A DNA stretch of 24,000 bases. Source: Candidatus Hebobacteria bacterium. Lineage in GTDB: Bacteria > Armatimonadota > Hebobacteria > Hebobacterales > Hebobacteraceae. Positions 1-7,426 of this stretch are shown in pieces. The notes below the pieces were generated by a model that was not told where the DNA came from, ran no database searches, and saw only the letters and a program-made list of their open reading frames with translations. The position numbers were made by a program, and so were the translations under genes. The DNA lies in contig JALGXV010000056.1 in assembly GCA_029821885.1 (NCBI GenBank), positions 1,668-25,667 of the forward strand, in the 5' to 3' direction. Each line of letters starts with the position of its first letter. Position 1 is the first letter of the stretch.

Positions 1-1
1 A

Positions 2-835
2 GGCCTGGTTCGCAACGCGAACGCACTCGTGCTGGCCGCGTACGTCACGGGGAAATGGCGACGCATTCAGGCCGGCCGGCACGAGCTGAGGCCGGGCATG
101 TCGGCAATGGACATGCTGGACGCTCTCTGCCGGGGCTCGCGCACTGCCTGGCACTGGATCACGATACCGGAGGGGTACAACCTGCGCCAGATCGGCGAGA
201 AGCTTCAGGAGGAGCGACTTGGATCGGCATCGCAGTTCCTCGAGGCAGCCAGTGCGCCGAGGCGGTTTGAGGCTGCCTTCCCTGTCTCCAGCGATAGTCT
301 GGAGGGCTACCTCTTCCCAGACACGTACCGTGTGGACTCCGGCGAAACGGAGCACGATATCATCGCGCAGATGCTGCGCCACTTCAGCCAGGTCGTATGG
401 GAAGGTCTGTTCCAGGAGAAGGCAGAGCACGATGGAAGGAGCCTGCACGGAATCCTCACGATGGCCTCCCTGGTCGAATGGGAGGCCCAGCACGATGAGG
501 AGCGCCCCACGATCGCCGGGGTTCTCGTGAATCGCCTCGCGCGAGGCCAGAAGCTGGAATGCGACGCGACCGTACAATACGCGCTCGGCGACGATCGCAA
601 GTCGCGCTTGAGCTACGATGACCTCGCCATCGAGAGCGAGTACAATACGTATCTGCACGAAGGGCTGCCACCTGGTCCGATCTGCAGCCCCGGGGAAGCC
701 AGCATCCGTGCCGCCATGGACCCTGCCGAGGTGCCTTACCTCTACTACGTCGCCCGGGCAGACGGCTCCCACGTGTTCAGCACCAGCTTCTCTCAGCACC
801 AGGCAGCCATCGCCCGGGTGCGCCGAGAACAGTGA
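2..835 (+). CDS. mltG: Endolytic murein transglycosylase MltG (YceG-like), 5'-truncated by the window edge
   Basis: The frame is open from base 2 (GLVRNANALVLAAYVTGKWRRIQAGRHEL...). The translation shows the YceG-family pattern: ITIPEGYNLRQIGEKL, EGYLFPDTY, ASLVEWEA, GVLVNRL, CDATVQYALG, YNTYLHEGLPPGPICSPG, YLYYVA. Stop TGA is at 833-835. Confidence 0.85.
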   Translation, partial: GLVRNANALVLAAYVTGKWRRIQAGRHELRPGMSAMDMLDALCRGSRTAWHWITIPEGYNLRQIGEKLQEERLGSASQFLEAASAPRRFEAAFPVSSDSLEGYLFPDTYRVDSGETEHDIIAQMLRHFSQVVWEGLFQEKAEHDGRSLHGILTMASLVEWEAQHDEERPTIAGVLVNRLARGQKLECDATVQYALGDDRKSRLSYDDLAIESEYNTYLHEGLPPGPICSPGEASIRAAMDPAEVPYLYYVARADGSHVFSTSFSQHQAAIARVRREQ

Positions 836-847
836 GGTGACCGGCCG

Positions 848-1687
848 GTGAGCAGCCGAGGCCCCACCAAGATCGCGACCCCGCCGCCGCGGGTCGGAAT
901 GTGGCCTCGACGGCGGCCACCGCGCCGCGTCCTCTGGCCGCAGTTCCTGGAGTTGTGCGCGATCATCGCCTTTCTCTTCATCTCGTATCACGGACTGCTG
1001 TGGTATTGGGAGAAGAGCGCGCCTCCCTCGACCATGGTGCCCCAGGTAGTCGGCCTCACTCAACTCGAGGCGACGAAGATGCTCGCGGCGGCAGGTGTGA
1101 GATCCGAGGTCATCGCGCGCAAGGCCGACGAGGACATTCCCGAGGGCTCCGTTCTGGCCTCGGATCCGCCGCCCGGCCGCGAAGTGAAGGTTGGCCGCTT
1201 GGTCCACCTCACACTCAGCGCGGGCTCTCGCTGGGCTGTGGTGCCAGACGTGCGCGAGATGTCTGTCGAGCGCGCCCGCGCTCTACTGAGACAGGAGAAC
1301 CTGACGGTCGGAAGAGAGACTGCTCGCTATGATGACGCAGTCCCGGTTGGCTATGTGCTGGGGCACGCGCCCGAGCCGGATCAGAGAGTGCCACGGGGGA
1401 CACCGGTGGACCTGCTTATCAGCAAGGGGGCGGCTCCACATGTTGAGCTGCCCGGGGGCGTAGGCGGCCCGGGTCTCAGGCGGACGGAGATAGACTACGT
1501 CGTCCCTCCCGGAGCGAGTCTGCAGGAGGTGCGGATAGTCGTGGCAGACCGCAACGGGGACAGGACAGTGTACCGCCAGATGCACCGGCCCGGGGAGAGA
1601 GTGCGCGAGACGGTGGAGGGCGAGGGGCCCGGGGTGACGGTGCGGGTGTATCTGAGCGGCCTGATTGTCGAGGAGAGGCCGATTTGA
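848..1687 (+). CDS. Membrane-anchored PASTA-domain protein with no kinase or PBP domain
   Basis: GTG start at 848 follows GAGGTGA (834-840). It has a basic N-terminus and one hydrophobic segment (FLELCAIIAFLFISYHGLLWYW). Two PASTA-like modules follow (VPQVVGLTQLEATKMLAAAGV...VHLTLSAG and VVPDVREMSVERARALLRQENLTV...VDLLISKG), then a roughly 85-aa beta-rich C-terminal domain. ATG 900 is an alternative start. Confidence 0.75.
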   Translation: MSSRGPTKIATPPPRVGMWPRRRPPRRVLWPQFLELCAIIAFLFISYHGLLWYWEKSAPPSTMVPQVVGLTQLEATKMLAAAGVRSEVIARKADEDIPEGSVLASDPPPGREVKVGRLVHLTLSAGSRWAVVPDVREMSVERARALLRQENLTVGRETARYDDAVPVGYVLGHAPEPDQRVPRGTPVDLLISKGAAPHVELPGGVGGPGLRRTEIDYVVPPGASLQEVRIVVADRNGDRTVYRQMHRPGERVRETVEGEGPGVTVRVYLSGLIVEERPI

Positions 1688-1706
1688 GCACAGGCGCTTC
1701 ACTGGC

Positions 1707-3869
1707 ATGGCGCATTACCGAATCGGCATAGACGTTGGGGGGACATTCACTCACGCGGTCGCGCTGGAGGCGAGGGGACTCGGCCTGACCGCACAAGCCA
1801 AGGTCCCTACCACTCATCGTGCCGCGCGTGGAGTCGCCGAGGGCGTCATTGATGCCCTCCGGTCTCTTCTGGAGAGCGCGGGCATCAGCCCAGACGACAT
1901 CAGCTTCCTCGCCTACAGCACGACACAGGTGACCAATGCTCTCCTGGAGGGCGACGTTGCCGCGGTCGGGATTATCGCTTTGGGCTCTGGCCTGGAGGGA
2001 AGGCGCGCCGCTCAGCAAACGCGAATCGGCGGCATCCGGCTCGCGCCGGAGAGGGAGCTTCGGACGGTACACACCTACCTTGACTTGGAAAGCTTCGACG
2101 CCGGCCGAGCAGACCGAGCCTTGGCCGAGCTCAAGGAGTCTGGAGCGACGGCGGTGGTGGCCGCGCAGGCCTTCTCCGTGGACGATCCAAGGGCAGAGCT
2201 GGCCGTCATGGCGCGCGCAGAGGCGGCCAGTATCCCGGCAACGGGGACTCACGAGGTAACCGGCAGATACGGGCTCCGCATCCGCACGCGCACCGCAGTC
2301 ATCAATGCGAGCCTCTTGCCAAAGGCGATAGCCACCGCCGACCTGACAGAAGAGGCCGCCCGTGAGATCGGGATCAGGGCTCCGCTGATGGTCGTGCGCA
2401 GCGACGGCGGGGTCATGAGCGCAGACGACATGCGGCGGCGGCCGCTGCTGACTCTGCTGTCGGGGCCGGCGGCGGGAGTGGCGGGCGCCCTGATGTATGC
2501 GCGCGTCAGCGAGGGCATCTTCCTGGAGGTCGGCGGGACCAGCACGGACATCACGGCCATCCGGCACGGCCGCGCGCTGCTTCGGACGGCCGAAGTTGGG
2601 GGGCACAGGCTGTTCATGCGGACGGTGGACGTCAGAACGATCGGCGTGGCGGGCGGCTCGATGCCGCGCATCAGGGGAGACGAGGTCGACGCGGTGGGCC
2701 CGCGAAGCGCGCACCTGGCTGGGTTGCCGTACGCTTGCTTCACCGACCATGCGACGCTGAGCGGGGAGGAGCCAACTCCACGCGTCGAGCTGATCTCCCC
2801 CCTCAGCGGCGATCCTGGCGATTACGCGGTCCTGGTGACCGCTGCAGGCCGGCGGATCGCGCTGACTGCGACGTGTGCCGCCAATGCCGCCGGCCTCGTG
2901 CCCGAAGGCGATTTCGCGCGGGGCGATGACGGCGCCGCGCGGGCGGCCCTCGCGGCGCTGGGCGGGAGGCTCCACACGTCGGCCGAGCAGGCGGCTCGAA
3001 CGATGGTCGAAGTTGCCGCGGGGGTGCCGGCCAGGATAGTGGATGAGCTCATCGAACAGCGCGGCATGACTCGCAGCGGGACGGAGCTTATCGCGGGCGG
3101 AGGCGGTGCCAGTGCCCTGGTCCCGGCCGTCGGTCAGAAGCTTGGCCTTTCCGTTCGACTGGCGCCAAACGCCCCCGTCATCTCCGCCATCGGCACCGCG
3201 CTTGCGTTGGTGCGGGAAGTCGTGGAGCGCACGGTCCCGGATGCCTCCGAAGCGGATCTGCTTCGAATAAGGCGAGATGCTGTGGAAGCGGTGGTGCAAC
3301 AGGGGGCGGACCCCGCCAGCGTTTCCGTCGACATCGAGTATGACTCTCGGACCGCGGTTCTCCGCGCCTTCGCAAGCGGGCAGACTGAACTCCGGGAGCG
3401 AGACCTGGAGGCGGGAGAGGCGAGCGACGAGGAGCGACGGAGCGCGGCGGCGAAGGCTTTAGCGGCGGAGCAGGACGAAGTCACATTGGCCGCCGACACC
3501 GGACTGCTCCGCGCCTATCGCGCCGGTTGGGAGCGCAGCCGTCTGTTCGGTTTGCTGAGAGAGCGCGGACAGGGCGTCGCGCTGGTGGACGTGCAGGGCG
3601 TGGTGCGGCTCGTGTTGCCAAGGGGCTCGGTGGCCAGTCTGGCGGCGGGCGAACTGCGAGAAGGGCTCTCGCAGCTGCTCGAGGAGGAGACCCGGTACGG
3701 TGACGCGGGTGCCGAGTTGCCTCAGTTGTTTCTTGGGGTGCGCGGCCGAATCGTCAACCTCTCCGGGTTGGTGAATGAAGCGCAGGTGCTTTCGCTCGCC
3801 GAGGCCGAGTTGGCGGGAGTGGGACAAGACGAGCCGATCCTGGCCGCGACGGCGCGACGCGGGATGTGA
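1707..3869 (+). CDS. Hydantoinase/oxoprolinase A-family (HyuA-like, ASKHA-fold) ATPase with a long non-canonical C-terminal region
   Basis: It carries the N-terminal YRIGIDVGGTFTH, plus STTQVTNALLEG, AVINASLLP, VVRSDGGVMS, LLSGPAAGVAGA and LEVGGTSTDI, which match the order of conserved HyuA/oxoprolinase blocks. ATG 1707 lies 20 nt after the upstream stop. The ORF track's TTG 1665 is an alternative start. No strong SD is visible. Confidence 0.75.
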   Translation: MAHYRIGIDVGGTFTHAVALEARGLGLTAQAKVPTTHRAARGVAEGVIDALRSLLESAGISPDDISFLAYSTTQVTNALLEGDVAAVGIIALGSGLEGRRAAQQTRIGGIRLAPERELRTVHTYLDLESFDAGRADRALAELKESGATAVVAAQAFSVDDPRAELAVMARAEAASIPATGTHEVTGRYGLRIRTRTAVINASLLPKAIATADLTEEAAREIGIRAPLMVVRSDGGVMSADDMRRRPLLTLLSGPAAGVAGALMYARVSEGIFLEVGGTSTDITAIRHGRALLRTAEVGGHRLFMRTVDVRTIGVAGGSMPRIRGDEVDAVGPRSAHLAGLPYACFTDHATLSGEEPTPRVELISPLSGDPGDYAVLVTAAGRRIALTATCAANAAGLVPEGDFARGDDGAARAALAALGGRLHTSAEQAARTMVEVAAGVPARIVDELIEQRGMTRSGTELIAGGGGASALVPAVGQKLGLSVRLAPNAPVISAIGTALALVREVVERTVPDASEADLLRIRRDAVEAVVQQGADPASVSVDIEYDSRTAVLRAFASGQTELRERDLEAGEASDEERRSAAAKALAAEQDEVTLAADTGLLRAYRAGWERSRLFGLLRERGQGVALVDVQGVVRLVLPRGSVASLAAGELREGLSQLLEEETRYGDAGAELPQLFLGVRGRIVNLSGLVNEAQVLSLAEAELAGVGQDEPILAATARRGM

Positions 3870-3909
3870 ACTCCGGCAGCGAATCCGCAGCCGTTCTCAG
3901 GAGGTGTTG

Positions 3910-4221
3910 ATGTCTGACGTGGGTCGTTTGACGAAAGAAGAGTGGGATGACCTCGAGCCGAGGTTGGCGAAGGCGGATCGCGACACGCACGAGCGCTTCG
4001 TCAGCGGCGCAGAGGCGAAGTCACTGCTGGGCGACACGGACAAGACGCCCGGCTTCTTGCTCCTCCAGCGTCTCAAGGAGCTCGGCGATGAGACCGCTGT
4101 GAAGCTGTTTCGCGCCGCTGAGATGTACCATCACGAGATCACCCGCGCCGACATCGGCCTCGCCTACTTGCGGGGCAAGGAGGTCGGCCGAGCCGAAGTG
4201 GCAGGTGAGAAGTCCCGATAG
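3910..4221 (+). CDS. Hypothetical soluble protein, 103 aa, family not recognised
   Basis: ATG 3910 is preceded by AGGAGG (3899-3904) with a 5-nt spacer. G/C strongly dominates third codon positions, as in neighbouring genes. The stop TAG 4219-4221 overlaps the proS SD. I recognise no motif. The sequence looks helical and charged, with no TM segment. Confidence 0.55.
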   Translation: MSDVGRLTKEEWDDLEPRLAKADRDTHERFVSGAEAKSLLGDTDKTPGFLLLQRLKELGDETAVKLFRAAEMYHHEITRADIGLAYLRGKEVGRAEVAGEKSR

Positions 4222-4227
4222 GAGAGG

Positions 4228-5937
4228 ATGGTGCGGACCCGCGAACTCTTTGCTCCTACTCTGCGGCAAATCTCGGGGGAGGTCGAGCTGGCGAGCCATC
4301 GGCTGCTGCTGCGCGCCGGTTTCGTCCGCCAGCTCGCGGCCGGCATGTACTCGCTACTGCCCTTGGGCCTGCGAGTGGTGCGGAAGGTAGAGAACATCGT
4401 ACGCCAGGAGATGGACGCGGCCGGCGCGCAGGAGTTGTTCCTCCCGGCGCTCCATCCGCTCGAACTCTGGGAGAAGACGGGCCGCGCCCAGTACTGGGGC
4501 GACGAGCTCATGAAACTCAAAGACCGGACCGGGCGGCCGTTCTGTCTGGGGGGGACGCACGAGGAGGTCGTCACCCAGCTTGCGTCTGAGGTGAAGTCCT
4601 ATCGGGAACTGCCGTTCACGCTCTACCAGATCCAGACTAAGTTCCGCGATGACCCACGTCCGCGAGGCGGGCTAGTCCGCGTCCGCGAGTTCACGATGAA
4701 GGATGCCTACAGCTTCGATCGCGACGTCGCAGGGCTCGACTGCTCGTACGATAAGATGGTGGCGGCATACCACAGGATCATGGAGCGAGTCGCGCTGCCT
4801 TATCATGTCGTGGATGCCTCCGGCGGAGGCATCGGGGGGTGGGACACCAAGGAATTCGAGTTGCCAACGGAGTCGGGGGAGAGCCACTACCTCCGGTGCG
4901 ACTCCTGTGGATATGCCGCGACGCCGGAGGTGGCGCAGTACAAGAGAGAAGTCCAGACGGCGGGCGAGGATGAGCTGCCCCTGGAGCGCGTCGAGACGCC
5001 CGGCCAGCGCACCATCGATCAGGTGACGGAGTTCCTGGGCGTGCCGCCGGAGAAGCTCGTGAAGACGCTCATCTACCAAGCCGACGAGCGCGTGGTGGCG
5101 GCCTTGGTGCGGGGCGACCGGGACCTGAGCGAGGACAAGCTGCAGGTCGCCGTCGAGGCGAAGAAGCTGGAGATGGCGGCGGCAGCGACCATCGAACGGG
5201 TGAGCGGCGCGCCGGTCGGCTTCGCGGGCCCGGTCGGCATCAAAGAAGTGGAGATACTGGCCGACGAGGAGCTCCGCGGCGAACGCAACTTCGTCACCGG
5301 CGGCAACGAAGATGATCTCCATCTGCGAAACGTGAACTGGGGGCGTGACTTCGAGGTGAATCAGTGGGCGGACCTGAGGAACGGGGAGGCGGGCGATCTC
5401 TGCCCGGGGTGCGGCGGCCCTTTGACGGCCTACCGCGGCATCGAGCTGGCGCACGTCTTCAAGCTGGGGACGATCTACAGTGAGCCGCTTGCCGCTCACT
5501 TCCTGGACGAGGACGGTGAGCGGAAGCCTATGGTCATGGGCTGCTATGGGCTGGGGACAACGCGCATGATGGCGGCTATCGTCGAGCACTCCCACGACGA
5601 CGCCGGGATCGTCTGGCCCATGTCGGTGGCGCCCTACGAGGTGGTCATCATCCTTCTGAACCACGACGACGAAGAGCACCGCGCGGTGGCGGAGAAGCTG
5701 TACGAAGAGCTGCCGCAGGAGGGATTCGAGGTGTTGCTGGAGGATCGCTTCGAGCGCGCTGGCGTCAAGTTCAAGGACGCGGATTTGATGGGTATCCCAG
5801 GGCAGGTCGTGGTCGGGCGGCTCGCGGCCGAAGGCAAGGTCGAGGTGCGCCGCCGGGGAGGCGAGAGCCGCACCGTGCAGGTCGGCGATGCTGGCACCGC
5901 CCTGCGAGAGATCCTTTCCACGAATCTGCCGGCCTGA
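4228..5937 (+). CDS. proS: Prolyl-tRNA synthetase, bacterial type with inserted editing (INS) domain
   Basis: 569 aa. The N-terminus FAPTLRQISGEVELASHRLLLRAGFVRQLAAGMYSLLPLG is typical of ProRS. Class II motifs are present (FRDDPRPRGGLVRVREFTMKDAYSF; GCYGLGTTRMMAA), along with a central YbaK-like insertion and a C-terminal anticodon-binding region. GTG 4231 is an equally possible start. Confidence 0.93.
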   Translation: MVRTRELFAPTLRQISGEVELASHRLLLRAGFVRQLAAGMYSLLPLGLRVVRKVENIVRQEMDAAGAQELFLPALHPLELWEKTGRAQYWGDELMKLKDRTGRPFCLGGTHEEVVTQLASEVKSYRELPFTLYQIQTKFRDDPRPRGGLVRVREFTMKDAYSFDRDVAGLDCSYDKMVAAYHRIMERVALPYHVVDASGGGIGGWDTKEFELPTESGESHYLRCDSCGYAATPEVAQYKREVQTAGEDELPLERVETPGQRTIDQVTEFLGVPPEKLVKTLIYQADERVVAALVRGDRDLSEDKLQVAVEAKKLEMAAAATIERVSGAPVGFAGPVGIKEVEILADEELRGERNFVTGGNEDDLHLRNVNWGRDFEVNQWADLRNGEAGDLCPGCGGPLTAYRGIELAHVFKLGTIYSEPLAAHFLDEDGERKPMVMGCYGLGTTRMMAAIVEHSHDDAGIVWPMSVAPYEVVIILLNHDDEEHRAVAEKLYEELPQEGFEVLLEDRFERAGVKFKDADLMGIPGQVVVGRLAAEGKVEVRRRGGESRTVQVGDAGTALREILSTNLPA

Positions 5938-5948
5938 AGAGAGGCGCA

Positions 5949-6602
5949 ATGGACCCCCTCTCCGTGCTGGCAAAACTGGTCGTCTCAGTGGTGTGCGGTG
6001 GGATCGTCGGCTGGCAGAGGGAGACGCGGGATCGGCCGGCCGGCCTGCGGACCCATGTGCTGGTCTGCCTCGGATCGGCGGTCTACACGCTGGCTTCGCT
6101 GAGCTTCAGCGGTCCTCAGGCCGATCCGGGCCGGGTCGCCGCGCAAGTGGCCACGGGGATGGGGTTCCTGGGCGCGGGGACGATCATCCGCCATGGCAAT
6201 GTCGTCAGGGGGCTCACCACGGCCGCCAGCCTGTGGGCAGTTGCCGCCATCGGCCTGTGCGTGGGCATCGGCGGAGATGCCATGTGGGTGGCTGGCATTG
6301 CCACCCTGATAGTGCTGCTGACCCTCACGGTGCTGCGACGGGTGGAGACGGCCCTTCTCCCAGGCACGCACATCGCGCATCTCCGGGTGCGTATGGCAGC
6401 CGGCCCCGGTCGCGTGGAAGCTGTGAGACATACCCTTGGTGAGAAGGGCGCCGAACTGGAGTCGATCGAGATGTCGGAGGTGGGCCGGGACGGCGTTCAG
6501 GAACTCCAGCTGCGGGTGTTGCTTCCCCGGAACTGTGACGTGACCGATCTCGGTTCGGAGCTGGCCGGTTTGGAGGGCTTTGTCTCCGTCCGCTGTGAAT
6601 GA
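5949..6602 (+). CDS. mgtC: MgtC/SapB-family membrane protein with a soluble C-terminal domain
   Basis: The signature GGIVGWQRETRDRPAGLRTHVLVCLGSA is typical of MgtC. It is followed by further TM segments (GMGFLGAGTII, AASLWAVAAIGLCVGIG) and a roughly 80-aa soluble ACT-like tail. An SD-like GAAGAGAGG lies upstream of ATG 5949. Confidence 0.8.
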   Translation: MDPLSVLAKLVVSVVCGGIVGWQRETRDRPAGLRTHVLVCLGSAVYTLASLSFSGPQADPGRVAAQVATGMGFLGAGTIIRHGNVVRGLTTAASLWAVAAIGLCVGIGGDAMWVAGIATLIVLLTLTVLRRVETALLPGTHIAHLRVRMAAGPGRVEAVRHTLGEKGAELESIEMSEVGRDGVQELQLRVLLPRNCDVTDLGSELAGLEGFVSVRCE

Positions 6603-7426
6603 GGCAGGAGCCACTGCTGGAGGGGCGTGCTGTGAGCGAGGCCGAGGCGCGAGCTGAGACCGGGGCGTACAGCATCCTCGCCACCGGGTTGACAAAGCGG
6701 TTTGGAGAAGTGGTGGCGGTGGATCGGATCGATCTCCGCGTGGGCGAGGGGGAGTTCTTCGGTTTCCTCGGGCCAAACGGCGCCGGCAAGACCACGACCA
6801 TACGGATGCTCTGTGGGCTGCTGCGGCCGACCGAGGGCACGATTCGTGTCGCCGGGCACGACCTCGACCGAGAGCCACTGGAAGTCAAACGCCGGATCGG
6901 CGTGCTGCCGGAGGAGATCAGCCTCTACGAGCGGCTCAGCGGGGAGGAGTTCATTGTCTTCTCGGCGCGGATGCACGGGCTGCAACTCGACGAAGCCAGG
7001 AGCCGGGCGACGGACCTGCTGGAGCTGCTGGAGCTGACCGAGGCCAAGGACCGGCTGATCGTCGACTATTCGATGGGGATGAAGAAGAAGACGGCCTTCG
7101 CTGCGGCCTTGATCCATCAACCGAAGGTGATGTTCCTCGACGAACCGTTCGGCGGCATCGATCCGATCTCCGTTCGCGCCATCCGGAATGTGCTGCAGCA
7201 TCTGGCCGGGCGAGGCACGACGATCTTCTTCACCAGCCACGTTATGGAGGTGGTTGAGCGGCTGTGCACCCGTGTGGCGATCATCCACGAGGGCCGGATC
7301 GTCGGCGATGGGGCCCTGGCGGAGCTTCGCGCGAAGGCGCAAGCCGGTAGTGACTCGACACTGGAAGACATCTTCATGAAGCTCGTGGACGCCCGGGGCG
7401 ACGAAGAACTGCTGAGCTGGCTGTGA
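6599..7426 (+). CDS. ABC transporter ATP-binding protein (ABC-2/drug-exporter-like subfamily)
   Basis: It has Walker A GPNGAGKTT, a Q-loop, a degenerate signature YSMGMKKK, Walker B VMFLDEPFGGIDP and an H-loop TSH. ATG 6599 overlaps the mgtC stop (ATGA). An in-frame GTG further downstream is an alternative start. Confidence 0.85.
   Translation: MRQEPLLEGRAVSEAEARAETGAYSILATGLTKRFGEVVAVDRIDLRVGEGEFFGFLGPNGAGKTTTIRMLCGLLRPTEGTIRVAGHDLDREPLEVKRRIGVLPEEISLYERLSGEEFIVFSARMHGLQLDEARSRATDLLELLELTEAKDRLIVDYSMGMKKKTAFAAALIHQPKVMFLDEPFGGIDPISVRAIRNVLQHLAGRGTTIFFTSHVMEVVERLCTRVAIIHEGRIVGDGALAELRAKAQAGSDSTLEDIFMKLVDARGDEELLSWL

Noticed and set aside
1476-3299. A 607-aa ORF on the minus strand opposite the hydantoinase-like gene
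   Set aside because: It is a shadow ORF typical of GC-rich DNA. It is Arg/Pro/Gly/Ala-rich with no recognisable motif, and it is fully antisense to a + strand gene with clear conserved blocks.
3870-4227. A possible T-box leader upstream of proS instead of a protein-coding ORF
   Set aside because: I could find no T-box consensus (AANNNGGGTGGTACCGCG-like) or specifier/terminator architecture. The region has a strong SD, an ATG and coding-type GC3 periodicity.
4672-5973. A 433-aa minus-strand ORF opposite proS
   Set aside because: It is an antisense shadow of a confidently identified aminoacyl-tRNA synthetase, with low-complexity R/L/H/D-rich composition and no SD or motifs.
5985-7342. Minus-strand ORFs 5985-6878, 6325-6888 and 6497-7342
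   Set aside because: They overlap one another and lie antisense to the mgtC and ABC ATPase genes. Their composition is typical of off-frame GC-rich translation.
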